Part shown: positions 8,789-18,485 of the stretch, piece after piece
Layout of the letters: each line of letters begins with the position of its first letter
Position numbering within the stretch: the first letter of the stretch is position 1
Origin: Candidatus Saccharimonadales bacterium
GTDB lineage: Bacteria; Patescibacteriota; UBA1384; 2-12-FULL-50-11
NCBI GenBank assembly: GCA_035480235.1
Contig: DATIHX010000008.1
Coordinates: forward strand, 26,845 to 90,844
Direction of reading: 5' to 3'
Length of the DNA stretch: 64,000 bases
Program-made: the position numbers and the translations under genes
The notes under the pieces: model-generated
Database searches by the model: none
What the model was told of the DNA's origin: nothing
What the model saw: only the letters and a program-made list of their open reading frames with translations

Positions 8789-9796
8789 ATGTTACGTCGA
8801 GTGGGAGTGGATTTAGGCACTAATAATATCCTTATTTACGTACCCGGGCAGGGGATTGTGATCGACGAACCGGCCGTGGCGGCACTTGATGCCTACGACA
8901 ATAAAGTGGTGGCTTTCGGCGAAGAAGCCCGCAAAATGCTCGGTAAAACGCCGGACAGTATTATTGCAGCCCGACCTTTGCGCGACGGTGTGATCGCCAG
9001 CTTCAAAATTACCGAAGCGATGCTGCGCTATTTTATTAATAAACTCTCCGGCCGGGTTCGGTTGTTTCGGCCGGATATTATGGTAGCCGTGCCGGTCGGG
9101 GCCACTTCTACCGAGCGCCGGGCCGTCATTGACGCCTGCGTCGCGGCTGGCGCCAAAAACGCCTACATCATTAAAGAACCGGTCGCGGCGGCGCTTGGCG
9201 CGGCTGTCCCGATTACTACCGCCGAAGGCCACTTAATTATTGATATCGGCGCCGGCACCACCGAAGTCGCCGTGATTTCTTTGGGCGATGTAGTGGCCGC
9301 TACCTCAGTCCGGGTCGGCGGCAACAAAATGGATGTAGCGATCGCCAACTTCATCCGCAAAAAATATTCGCTGATTATCGGCGAGCCGACGGCCGAAAAC
9401 CTCAAAATCAAAATCGGGACGGCGATGCCGCTGAAAAAAGAACTGACGATGGAACTCTCCGGCGCCAACTCGGTGACCGGATTGCCGGAATCGGTCTTGG
9501 TTAACTCAACTGATGTAATGACCGCCGTTCAGGAAGAACTGAAAGAAATTATCGGCGCCGTCAAATCGGTCTTGCAAAAAACGCCGCCGGAATTGGCCGC
9601 CGACATTATGGACAAAGGTATGATTATGACCGGTGGGGGATCGATGCTGAAAAACCTCGACGCCTTATTTACGAAAGTTACCGGCGTGCCCTGCCAGCTG
9701 GCCGAAGAACCGCGGCTCTGTGTGGTTAAAGGTACTGGTATCGCCGTGGAACACCTGGACGAATACGTGAGGTCGGTCTTTTGGACGAAGCGTTAA
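8789..9796 (+). CDS. mreB: Rod-shape determining actin homolog MreB/Mbl.
   Basis: VGVDLGTNN...ARPLRDGVIA...IDIGAGTTEVAV blocks. Confidence 0.9.
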   Translation: MLRRVGVDLGTNNILIYVPGQGIVIDEPAVAALDAYDNKVVAFGEEARKMLGKTPDSIIAARPLRDGVIASFKITEAMLRYFINKLSGRVRLFRPDIMVAVPVGATSTERRAVIDACVAAGAKNAYIIKEPVAAALGAAVPITTAEGHLIIDIGAGTTEVAVISLGDVVAATSVRVGGNKMDVAIANFIRKKYSLIIGEPTAENLKIKIGTAMPLKKELTMELSGANSVTGLPESVLVNSTDVMTAVQEELKEIIGAVKSVLQKTPPELAADIMDKGMIMTGGGSMLKNLDALFTKVTGVPCQLAEEPRLCVVKGTGIAVEHLDEYVRSVFWTKR

Positions 9797-10335
9797 CTTA
9801 CAGTCTTTAGAACTTTTTCAGCTACTTGTTTTGGGCTTAATCCGTCAGTTTCAATAACTATCTCCCCCCTGTAGTTTACCGAGGGTTTATCTTTAAGGTA
9901 CTTATCGAGATCGGTACGATTACTAATCCTATAGTTTTCGTTTCTTCTGGAGACGCGCTTTGCAAGCGTCTCGTATGGCGCAGCGAGCGTAACAACTAAA
10001 AACCTATAGTTAGGGAACTTCTCAACCGCACGACGGGCAATATTAATAGTTTTTGGATCTGGCGATGGACGAACATAGATTATGTTCTGGTTTTGAGCGA
10101 GTAGAAATTTTATTACAGGTAGAGTAACTTGATCCATCAACTTTGGGATTCGATGTTCTTCAACAATGTCAAAAATAATATTTTTAAGCTCATGAAACCA
10201 GAATAGTTTCCAACTTAGCGTCTTTTGAATAATTCTGGCGACTGTGATTTTTCCCACGCCAGGTTCACCACGTAAATAAAGAAAGGTTCTTCTTTTATCA
10301 ATCTTCATCTGACCAAACGTAACAAAACTCCCCAA
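9793..10335 (-). CDS. P-loop NTPase, nucleoside/nucleotide-kinase-like.
   Basis: Walker A GEPGVGKIT near the N-terminus and small size. Confidence 0.5.
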   Translation of the reverse strand: MGSFVTFGQMKIDKRRTFLYLRGEPGVGKITVARIIQKTLSWKLFWFHELKNIIFDIVEEHRIPKLMDQVTLPVIKFLLAQNQNIIYVRPSPDPKTINIARRAVEKFPNYRFLVVTLAAPYETLAKRVSRRNENYRISNRTDLDKYLKDKPSVNYRGEIVIETDGLSPKQVAEKVLKTVS

Positions 10336-10467
10336 AAAAAGAAATTTTAGGTATCAACTTCCGGGCTGACGCTCGGCTAAGTTGGATGCTTCAATTCAGC
10401 TCGCTAACACTCGCTAATTGAAGCTATACTACGTATATGTTAGTCTCTCTTCTAGAAAGATGACTTT

Positions 10468-11574
10468 ATGATAAACAGTGGCCTCCTTATTGGCATTGAC
10501 GCTTCACGGGCGGTAAAAGCAAACCCCACTGGCACGGAGTATTATTCGCGCGAAATTATTCGGGCCATTCTGGAGCTGGACCGTCGGAACCAATACCGGC
10601 TTTATGCTCACAAAATGCCAGACAGCAGTTTTGGAGAATATTCTAACGTCGAGTGGAAGATTATCCCGCCTGGCCGGCTTTGGTCGCAATTGAAACTAGC
10701 GGCTGAACTGAAAAAAAGTTCGCCAGACGTTCTATTCGTGCCGGCGCACGTTGTGCCGCTGCTCTCCAACGTCCCAACCGTCGTCACCATTCACGGCTTA
10801 GAATTCTTGTACGCTCCCCAAAATTACGGCCACCGCGAGCGAGCTTATTTAAAATTTTCTACGGCTAGCTCAATCAGTAAAGCGCGCCAAGTGATCGCCC
10901 CTAGCCATTGGACCAAACAAGACATCTTGAAGCATTATCATTGCCCGGCTGGGAAAATTACCGTTATCGCCGAGGCCTACAACAAAGAGCTCTACAACAC
11001 GAACGGCGAAGCGGGGGAGCGGCCGATCAAAGAACCGTACATATTCTCGCTCTCCCGGCTCGAAGAACGGAAAAACCAAGCTTTGCTGGTGGAGGCTTTT
11101 GCGCTGCTGCGTAAAGAAAAAGGCGACGTCAAGCTGGTTCTGGGCGGCAAGCCGGGTTACGGTTTTGAGAAAATCCGCGCCAAGATTGATGCGCTGCCGG
11201 CTACTATTCGTGATTCGGTGTTATTACCGGGCTATTTGAGCGAAACCGACGCCGCTAATTACCTCCGCCACGCCGCCGTTTTTGCCTACCCGTCCAAATA
11301 CGAAGGTTTCGGCATCCCGATGCTTGAAGCCTTTGGCTCGGGTACGCCGGTCGTGGCCAGTAACGCCTCGTGCTTACCGGAAGTGGCCGGTGAGGCAGCG
11401 GTCTTGCTGCCGCCAGATAACGCCCTCAGTTGGGCCGCCGCCTTTAGCCGAATCTTGCACCAGCCCAAATACGCCGAGGAGCTAAAAGCTAAAGGCCTGA
11501 AACGAGCCAGCGAGTTTTCTTGGGCAAGCGCAGCCGAAGCAACACTAATAGTCATCGAAAATGCTGCAGCGTGA
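10468..11574 (+). CDS. GT-B glycosyltransferase (family 4/1 type).
   Basis: C-terminal EGFGIPMLEAFGSGTPVVAS (EX7E) block. Confidence 0.85.
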   Translation: MINSGLLIGIDASRAVKANPTGTEYYSREIIRAILELDRRNQYRLYAHKMPDSSFGEYSNVEWKIIPPGRLWSQLKLAAELKKSSPDVLFVPAHVVPLLSNVPTVVTIHGLEFLYAPQNYGHRERAYLKFSTASSISKARQVIAPSHWTKQDILKHYHCPAGKITVIAEAYNKELYNTNGEAGERPIKEPYIFSLSRLEERKNQALLVEAFALLRKEKGDVKLVLGGKPGYGFEKIRAKIDALPATIRDSVLLPGYLSETDAANYLRHAAVFAYPSKYEGFGIPMLEAFGSGTPVVASNASCLPEVAGEAAVLLPPDNALSWAAAFSRILHQPKYAEELKAKGLKRASEFSWASAAEATLIVIENAAA

Positions 11575-12283
11575 CCGCGTCCGGCTGCTGGGTGTTCGAG
11601 TCGATAGCCTCACTTGGGCCGATTTCGACCGTTGGGCAGAGCAAGCCTTGAGCGGTAACGAAGCTAATCAAGTAGTAACCGTCAACGGCGAACACATTTT
11701 GGCGGCTAATCGCGACCCAAAACACCAAGCGGCGATAAACCAAGCTGATTTGGTCGTGCCAGACTCAACAAATGTTTTGTGGGTTAGTCGTGTCAAAGGC
11801 AGGGGACTGGCCCAGAAAACTGCGGGGGTGGATTTGGTTTTACGGCTTTGCGACATCGCTGCCAAAAACGGCAATTCGATTTTTTTACTCGGCAGCCAGC
11901 CTGGCGTTGCCGACCACGCCGCTAAAAAATTAAAAAGTTGGTTCCCGACGTTAACGATTGCCGGCACTAGCGCCGCGGACCCAAACGACGATTATGCTTT
12001 AAAAAGCATAAAGCAGAGTGGCGCCGATATTGTTTTAGTGGCGTATGGGGCGCCGGCGCAGGAGTATTGGATCGCCGAACACAAAAACGAAACTGGAGCG
12101 AAAATCTTGGTGGGCGTCGGCGGGACCTTCGACATTTTGTCTGGTACTTTACCGCGGGCACCGAAGTTTTTCCGAGCCCTGCAGCTAGAATGGCTCTGGC
12201 GATTAATTTTGCAGCCATCCCGGATTAAACGTATCTGGAACGCCGTCGTCGTTTTCCCCACTAAAGCGTTGTTTAGTAAATAA
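11561..12283 (+). CDS. WecB/TagA/CpsF-family glycosyltransferase.
   Basis: VTVNGEHI...DLVVPDS...LLGSQPGVA...VGVGGTFD blocks. It overlaps the preceding GT, forming a polysaccharide or teichoic-acid-type pair. Confidence 0.85.
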   Translation: MLQRDRVRLLGVRVDSLTWADFDRWAEQALSGNEANQVVTVNGEHILAANRDPKHQAAINQADLVVPDSTNVLWVSRVKGRGLAQKTAGVDLVLRLCDIAAKNGNSIFLLGSQPGVADHAAKKLKSWFPTLTIAGTSAADPNDDYALKSIKQSGADIVLVAYGAPAQEYWIAEHKNETGAKILVGVGGTFDILSGTLPRAPKFFRALQLEWLWRLILQPSRIKRIWNAVVVFPTKALFSK

Positions 12284-12312
12284 AAAGGTCGTCTTTCGAC
12301 GACCAAGTGGCC

Positions 12313-12639
12313 TTACAGACCTAGCAAACTGCCAGCGAATAACGGTACTAGCGTCCCATTCCAACCGTTAAACGAATCTTCGGCTACCCTTCTTAGCTGT
12401 TCAAGAGAGGGGATCTCGCCAGCGCCAGATAAACCCTCCAGCCAAGTTTTAGCGACTTGATCACAGTGGATAGAGATAGCCTCTGGAGACCAGTGACCAG
12501 GAAGCGTTTGTATCTCAACGCGACCGGAAGGAGTTACAAGGCCGCGGACAAACCAATAAGGATCACGATTGTCGTACATTGTATTCCCGCTAGCTTTTGA
12601 GTAGCTGATTTCGAATGATAATGTTAGGTTAGTTGCCAA
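12313..12639 (-). CDS. Hypothetical protein.
   Basis: ORF only. Confidence 0.4.
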   Translation of the reverse strand: MATNLTLSFEISYSKASGNTMYDNRDPYWFVRGLVTPSGRVEIQTLPGHWSPEAISIHCDQVAKTWLEGLSGAGEIPSLEQLRRVAEDSFNGWNGTLVPLFAGSLLGL

Positions 12640-12681
12640 AGTACGCCTCCTACGCTTTCGCGTTTGATAGAGCTATTCTAC

Positions 12682-12745
12682 TTGCAAAACAACAAAAATT
12701 CCAGTAGTATGGCTATATCGTCCAGGATTTGATCCTGGCTTTTTT
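12682..12745 (+). promoter_or_regulatory. nusA leader: promoter (TTGCAA-17-TAGTAT) followed immediately by an intrinsic terminator hairpin (CCAGGAtttgaTCCTGG + CTTTTTT, 12722-12745) before the nusA RBS.
   Basis: Hexamers and hairpin read directly. Attenuator-like arrangement. Confidence 0.4.
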
Positions 12746-12786
12746 CAAAGAAATACCCTTAAATTAACTAAAGGAGACCTACATAC

Positions 12787-14193
12787 ATGGCAATTTCTAC
12801 ATTTGCAGCTGCAATCAACCAACTAGCCGACGAACGGGGGCTTCCCCGCGATATTATTATTGACGCCATCGAGACGGCCGTGGCCGCCGCTTACCGCAAA
12901 GACTACGCCGACCCGGAAGAAACCATCAAAGCCGTTTTGGACGAAGAAACCGGCGAATTTAACGTCACCAAAGTCTTCACCATTATCGACCCAGCCCAGG
13001 AGCTAGCTTTAATGAACGAGAACGCCGAAGCCGTTGAAGGCGACGAACCCAAAGAATTCGTCCAAAACATTCACTCACAGCTAACCTTAGACGAAGCTAA
13101 AGAACTGCTGAAAAACGAAACCAAAGCCATGCACGTCAGCGAATCGGGCAAAAAGACCGCCGCCGTTGGTGATACCGTCCAAATCCCGCTGGAACCGCAC
13201 TCCGACTTTGGAAGAATCGCTGCCATGACCGCCAAACAGGTCATCTCACAAAAACTCCGCGAAGCCGAGAAGGAAATTCTCTACGCCGAGTACAAAGAGA
13301 AACAAGGCCAACTAATTAACGGCTACGTCCAGCAGGTGGAAGGCTACAACGTCATCATGAACATCGGCAAACTAAACGGCCTGATGATCGCCTCCGACCA
13401 AATCCCAAACCAACACTACTACCCCGGCCAACGGCTGAAAATCCTCGTTTACAACGTCGAAGAAACGCCGCGCGGCCCCCGGGTGTTAGTTACCCGCTCG
13501 AGCGCGGATTTCATCACCAAATTGTTTGAACTGGAAGTGCCCGAAATCGCTTCTGGCGCCGTTGCCGTGAAAGTCATCGCCCGCGAAGCTGGTGTCCGCA
13601 CCAAAATGGCCGTGACCGCTACCCAGCCCGGCCTCGACCCAGTTGGTTCGTGCGTCGGCCAGCGCGGCACCCGCGTTCAAGCCGTTCTCTCCGAAATCGG
13701 CGACGAAAAAATCGACATCATCTTGTATAGCGAAGATACCGAAGCCTTGATTCGCGAATCGCTGAAACCCGCCAAAATTGAAAAAATCGTCCTGAAGAAA
13801 AAAGCCAACCGCGCCGAAGTGGTAGTGCCAGAAGACCAATTGAGCCTCGCCATCGGTAAAAACGGCCAGAACGTCCGGTTAGCTTCCAAGCTTTCTGGCT
13901 GGGAGATCGATATTCTGAAAACCGGCGAAGCCAGCCTGCGCCAAAAAGAAGACAAGGTTGAAGAAATGTTGGCCGAAGAAAAACCGGCCGCTGACGTTGC
14001 TGAGCCGAAAATAGTTAAAAAAACCACCAAGAAAACCGAAGGCGACGGCATGGACGACACTGGTAGTGAAAACGAAGTGACGCCTGGCGACCAACTGACT
14101 GACGCGGCACAAACAGACAAAGAAATCCTGGCAGAAACGCCAGCTGAGGCTGCCACCGAGCAAGAGCAGGTCGCCGACGAAGCCGCTAATTAA
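12787..14193 (+). CDS. nusA: Transcription termination/antitermination factor NusA with an acidic C-terminal tail.
   Basis: N-terminal domain, S1 and KH blocks ([22 protein letters not shown]). Confidence 0.9.
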   Translation: MAISTFAAAINQLADERGLPRDIIIDAIETAVAAAYRKDYADPEETIKAVLDEETGEFNVTKVFTIIDPAQELALMNENAEAVEGDEPKEFVQNIHSQLTLDEAKELLKNETKAMHVSESGKKTAAVGDTVQIPLEPHSDFGRIAAMTAKQVISQKLREAEKEILYAEYKEKQGQLINGYVQQVEGYNVIMNIGKLNGLMIASDQIPNQHYYPGQRLKILVYNVEETPRGPRVLVTRSSADFITKLFELEVPEIASGAVAVKVIAREAGVRTKMAVTATQPGLDPVGSCVGQRGTRVQAVLSEIGDEKIDIILYSEDTEALIRESLKPAKIEKIVLKKKANRAEVVVPEDQLSLAIGKNGQNVRLASKLSGWEIDILKTGEASLRQKEDKVEEMLAEEKPAADVAEPKIVKKTTKKTEGDGMDDTGSENEVTPGDQLTDAAQTDKEILAETPAEAATEQEQVADEAAN

Positions 14194-14266
14194 CATCGCC
14201 AAACCTTATAGCACCTCCGAGGTGTAACTGGGGGTTAAAAAAGCGGGCCGTAAAGGCCCGTTTTGG

Positions 14267-14890
14267 CTAACTAATTGCTAGGACCGGCTGAGGGAATTCT
14301 GTTAAGAATCCCAATAACCGGGCCTGATCTTCAAATCGCGCTAACATCGCCAGTTCTTCGACTGTCCAATCTGCAATATCCGCCTCAGCTGTCAAGTAGA
14401 CTCCCTGTTTCTGGAACTCTTTGTTCAAGTATCTACTACCGTAATAGACTGAAATCCGAAGACATGTTGTGTTTACGAAACCAGGAAGTATCGTATTGCT
14501 GATTAAAAAGTCCAAATTGCCGCCGTAGCCAGCACTGAGCCAGTGAACAATGCAGCTCTTGAGGCCAGCAATAGTTACTGAATACTCCCTTAAGCGATTC
14601 AATCCTGCCTCGCGAAAGTGTATCCGGTCGTAGACTGAGCCAGTGGCAAATTTGAATGCTTGGACATTGGCATCGTACGGCTGATCTCGCCTTTCAGAGC
14701 TGAAGAACTCGACTTTTGGCGGCTCGTCTCGGACCAGCTCAAGAGTTATTCCGGTTTTTATATAACCGGGTGGGTACAAGGGCTCAAGATCGCCCCACAA
14801 CTGAATAGCGCTGTCCGGGATCAAATCAAGAAGCCGTTGAATGGCCTCGGGACTAAGTGGGCTTTGAAATTCAAATGCTGTAATGTGCAC
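14267..14890 (-). CDS. Hypothetical protein.
   Basis: ORF only, on the strand opposite its neighbours. Confidence 0.45.
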   Translation of the reverse strand: MHITAFEFQSPLSPEAIQRLLDLIPDSAIQLWGDLEPLYPPGYIKTGITLELVRDEPPKVEFFSSERRDQPYDANVQAFKFATGSVYDRIHFREAGLNRLREYSVTIAGLKSCIVHWLSAGYGGNLDFLISNTILPGFVNTTCLRISVYYGSRYLNKEFQKQGVYLTAEADIADWTVEELAMLARFEDQARLLGFLTEFPQPVLAIS

Positions 14891-15015
14891 TGCTTTCCTC
14901 CTATCCGTTTAGCAGAACGATAATGGCATAGTACGCCAGAAGAAGAAGAAAATCAATTGTAACTTCCTGCCTAGACTACTGAAACGGCTCGAATATACTG
15001 GTTGTATGCATCAAT

Positions 15016-15167
15016 ACTTGACCCCGCACTATGTCGGCCGAATCTTTGGCTCCCAATTTTCTAATACTCAGCTTACCTCATTGGAGTATTCTACAGAATG
15101 AGAATTAGTTATAAGCGACGCCAAAGATATAGGGAAAATTGTCGGCCGGAAAGTGCGGGGTTGACAC
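15016..15167. repeat. About 27-bp imperfect inverted repeats (15016-15043 and 15139-15167) flanking about 95 nt upstream of clpC.
   Basis: cttgaccccgcactatgtcggccg pairs with cggccggaaagtgcggggttgac. Confidence 0.5.
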
Positions 15168-15168
15168 A

Positions 15169-15188
15169 ATGTAAAGTTCGCTTTACAT
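15169..15188 (+). promoter_or_regulatory. Perfect palindrome ATGTAAAG-ttcg-CTTTACAT between the TTGACA at 15161 and the TATAAC at 15193, immediately upstream of a near-leaderless clpC. Candidate repressor operator.
   Basis: Seen directly. I found no CtsR heptad or CIRCE element. Confidence 0.5.
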
Positions 15189-15200
15189 TGGCTATAACAA

Positions 15201-17702
15201 ATGCCCAGTAATTACTTCCACAACAGGTTTAGCGAGACGGCCCAGAAGATTTTGCGTGATAGCGAAGTGATCGCCAGCGCCATGGCCGCCGGTATCGACA
15301 CCCAGCACTTGTTGGCATCATTAGCTAACACGCCCGGCACATACTCGTACGAAGCGCTGCGAGAGTTAACCGTCACCCCAGAAAAAATTGGCGCCACTAT
15401 CCACAACCATCAAGACATTATTAAAGCCGTCCAAGGCATCTCGCCCGATATGCGGCGAATTTTGAAAGCCGCTTACAGCCGAGCGGCCCACTACGACACG
15501 CCGACGGTTGATTCCGAGCACATTCTGCTGGCTCTGGTGAGCACCAAAGATTGCAACGCCTACCAAGTCCTAACCCAGATGGATGTGGACCCGAAACTCT
15601 TGCGCGATCAACTGGAGGATTATTTTGAACAAATTCACCAGGAGTTAGCTGAGCACCAAGATAGTGCCGGTAGCGAAGAAGAGCTGGAAGACGACGAGCA
15701 CGACCACTTCGCCCAACCGATGTTGCCGAATCACCAACAAGCGCCAAACCGGCCAAAAACGGCGATCGAGTATTTCACCACCGACCTGACTAAACTGGCG
15801 AAAACCGGCAAACTCGACCCTGTTATCGGCCGCGACAAAGAAACCCGCCGGGTCGTTCAAATTCTCAGCCGCCGGACCAAAAATAACCCGGTCTTAACGG
15901 GTGAGCCGGGCGTGGGGAAAACGGCGATTGCTGAAGGCTTGGCTCAAAAAATCGCCGGTGGTGAGGTACCGAGCCAATTGGCCGACAAACGGGTTCTATC
16001 GCTGGACTTAGCCCTGCTGATCTCTGGCACAACCTATCGCGGCCAGTTTGAAGAACGAGCCAAAAAACTGCTCGACGAAATTATTAAAGCTGGCAACGTC
16101 GTGCTCTTTTTAGACGAAATTCACAGCATTATCGGCGCCGGCGCCGCCGAAGGCTCGATCGATATGAGCACTATTTTAAAACCGGCCTTGGCTAAAGGCC
16201 AGCTCCGCCTGGTTGGCGCCACCACTAACGACGAATACCGCAAATACATCGAGAAAGACCCGGCCTTAGAACGCCGCGTCCAACGCGTTCAAGTGGAAGA
16301 ACCGAGCGTCGAGGAAACCATTGCCATTTTGCACGGTCTGAAAGGGCATTACGAAAAATTCCACAACGTGACGATTAACGACGAAGCGATCACTGCGGCG
16401 GCCGACTTGAGCAAACGCTACGTTAGTGACCGGTTTTTGCCCGACAAAGCCATCGACTTAATCGACGAAGCGGCGGCGGCCACCCAGCTCGAAACCGGTC
16501 AGCTGAAACTTTCCAACCAGCTACTGGAATTAGAAAAACGCCGCGCCCAAGCTAACAGCGAGCACCAGAAAGCCGCTGAGAACATGGAATACGAGAAAGC
16601 CGCCGAGTATCGGGTCCTAGAATTGCGATTAGTCAGCGAGATCGACCGTCTCAAAACTAAATTACCGAAGCGCACCGCCCCACGAGTAATTAACCGCGAA
16701 GACATCGCCAAGATTGTCTCGATGACCACCGGCGTGCCGGTGACGGCACTGGAGAAAACCGACCGAATCCGCTTGACCAATTTGGAGAAAGTCCTCAAAG
16801 AACACATCGTCGGCCAAGACGAAGCGATTCAAAACATCGCCGCCGCCATTAAACGCTCGTCAGCAGGTGTTTCCGACCCCAATCGGCCGCTCGGCTCGTT
16901 CATTTTCCTCGGCCCCACCGGCGTCGGTAAAACCGAGCTCGCCAAAGTCTTAGCTCGGGAAGTCTACGGCCGCCCAGAAGCCCTGGTGAAAATTGATATG
17001 AGCGAGTTTATGGAAAAACATAACGCCTCCCGCCTGGTTGGCGCGCCGCCCGGCTACGTCGGTTACGAAGACGCCGGCAAACTAACCGAAACCATCCGCC
17101 GGCAACCGTACAGCGTCGTCTTGCTCGACGAAATCGAAAAAGCTCACCCCGACGTCTTTAATATGCTCTTACAAATTATGGAAGACGGCTACCTGACCGA
17201 CGCCAAGGGCCGCCGCGTCAATTTCCGCAACACCATTATTATTATGACTTCCAACATCGGCATGGCGGAATTAAACCGGGCTTCGGCGATCGGTTTCAAA
17301 ACGGCTGGCGATAAGCAAGAAAGCCGGTACGAAGAGATTAAAAACCAGGTCATCGAAAAAATTAAAGACCATTTCCGGCCAGAATTCATTAACCGGCTCG
17401 ACAAAATTATCGTCTTTAAACCGCTCGGTCAAGAAGAGATTAAAGAAATTATTAACCGCCAACTGGCTCAACTCAACCGCCGCCTGGGCTTAGACGGCAT
17501 TAGTTTGGATGTTGCTGATAGCGCTAAAGACCTATTGAGCGAAAAAGGCTTCGATCCGGAATTTGGGGCCCGGCCGATCCGTCGGGTGATTACCGAGCTA
17601 ATCGAAGATCCGCTGTCCGACCTGATCTTGGGCGGCAAAGTGGCTGTCCGCCGGGCGCTGCGGGTGCTACGCAAAGGCAGCAAGCTGACGATCGTCAAGT
17701 AA
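15201..17702 (+). CDS. clpC: ATP-dependent Clp protease ATP-binding subunit ClpC-type (Clp_N repeats, two AAA+ modules, UVR-like middle domain).
   Basis: [15 protein letters not shown] and [12 protein letters not shown] Walker A motifs, plus the [12 protein letters not shown] motif. Confidence 0.9.
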   Translation: MPSNYFHNRFSETAQKILRDSEVIASAMAAGIDTQHLLASLANTPGTYSYEALRELTVTPEKIGATIHNHQDIIKAVQGISPDMRRILKAAYSRAAHYDTPTVDSEHILLALVSTKDCNAYQVLTQMDVDPKLLRDQLEDYFEQIHQELAEHQDSAGSEEELEDDEHDHFAQPMLPNHQQAPNRPKTAIEYFTTDLTKLAKTGKLDPVIGRDKETRRVVQILSRRTKNNPVLTGEPGVGKTAIAEGLAQKIAGGEVPSQLADKRVLSLDLALLISGTTYRGQFEERAKKLLDEIIKAGNVVLFLDEIHSIIGAGAAEGSIDMSTILKPALAKGQLRLVGATTNDEYRKYIEKDPALERRVQRVQVEEPSVEETIAILHGLKGHYEKFHNVTINDEAITAAADLSKRYVSDRFLPDKAIDLIDEAAAATQLETGQLKLSNQLLELEKRRAQANSEHQKAAENMEYEKAAEYRVLELRLVSEIDRLKTKLPKRTAPRVINREDIAKIVSMTTGVPVTALEKTDRIRLTNLEKVLKEHIVGQDEAIQNIAAAIKRSSAGVSDPNRPLGSFIFLGPTGVGKTELAKVLAREVYGRPEALVKIDMSEFMEKHNASRLVGAPPGYVGYEDAGKLTETIRRQPYSVVLLDEIEKAHPDVFNMLLQIMEDGYLTDAKGRRVNFRNTIIIMTSNIGMAELNRASAIGFKTAGDKQESRYEEIKNQVIEKIKDHFRPEFINRLDKIIVFKPLGQEEIKEIINRQLAQLNRRLGLDGISLDVADSAKDLLSEKGFDPEFGARPIRRVITELIEDPLSDLILGGKVAVRRALRVLRKGSKLTIVK

Positions 17703-17791
17703 CCAAAAACCGGGCCGGAAACCCTTGACTTCTGAGCGGTTATAAGGTATAGTTTGGGCGTCCCACAAGAGGGGATGAACATCACAGGAGA

Positions 17792-18100
17792 ATGAATATG
17801 AAACGGATTTCTACAAAGTTTTTCCTCGCCGCGATCGGCGTCTTTGTCCTTTGGTCGCTACTCGGTCCGATCGCCACGAATAACGACCCCTACGTCGTCT
17901 TGGCCTGGCCGAATCCGCTTTTCGTCGGTTCGCTCGTTCTCGGGCTTTTAGGTTTTATTGCCCTTCAGAATGAAACCCAGCAACAGCTCAACGTTGAGCG
18001 TTGCCGTCAAAATAAGCTCGAAGAAAAGCTTCAGCCGCTTGATGACGAAGTAGCAGAGTCGGTCCTTTGGGCCCGAACTCGTCAAGCTTTGGGGATCTAA
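17792..18100 (+). CDS. Small membrane protein, hypothetical.
   Basis: Two predicted TM helices and an RBS. Confidence 0.4.
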   Translation: MNMKRISTKFFLAAIGVFVLWSLLGPIATNNDPYVVLAWPNPLFVGSLVLGLLGFIALQNETQQQLNVERCRQNKLEEKLQPLDDEVAESVLWARTRQALGI

Positions 18101-18159
18101 AACCCAAGCTCAGCCCCGCGCCAATTTGGCCGGGGCTTTTTCTCTACACAAAAATGGCC

Positions 18160-18189
18160 TTGACTTGTTCGGTTTTTGTTCGCTATGGT
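18160..18189 (+). promoter_or_regulatory. Promoter of the [95-aa ORF]-dinB operon with a putative LexA box GTTCGGTTTTTGTTCG (18167-18182) between TTGAC and the -10.
   Basis: The identical 16-mer also sits in the lexA promoter. GTTC-N7-GTTC is the direct-repeat LexA box type. Confidence 0.55.
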
Positions 18190-18197
18190 AAGTATAC

Positions 18198-18485
18198 ATG
18201 GCGGGGGAGGCGAAAGAAAAAATTGGCGAAACAATTCGGGTACTGGCCAGTTTTTCAGAGGCCAAAATCCGGATTCATTTTTTTCACTGGCGCGACCAAA
18301 TATTCAAAGTGGACTCGGTGAATTTGTTTCATATCGAAAAAGACGGCAATAAAAAACGCTACCACTTCGCGGTGTCGGCCAAGGGCAGCGATTACCAGAT
18401 TGCCTTCGACCCGGTAAGCTTAGAGTGGCAGTTGGTGGATAGCGTAATCACCCCCTTCCGTGGCTGGAATCTAAACGTAAGATGA
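18198..18485 (+). CDS. Hypothetical 95-aa protein, SOS-box regulated and translationally coupled to dinB (ATGA overlap).
   Basis: Position and coupling only. Confidence 0.5.
   Translation: MAGEAKEKIGETIRVLASFSEAKIRIHFFHWRDQIFKVDSVNLFHIEKDGNKKRYHFAVSAKGSDYQIAFDPVSLEWQLVDSVITPFRGWNLNVR

Noticed and set aside
15100-15200. CtsR or CIRCE/HrcA operators upstream of clpC.
   Set aside because: No GGTCAAA heptad repeats and no TTAGCACTC-N9-GAGTGCTAA element. A different palindrome is present and is reported as a finding.
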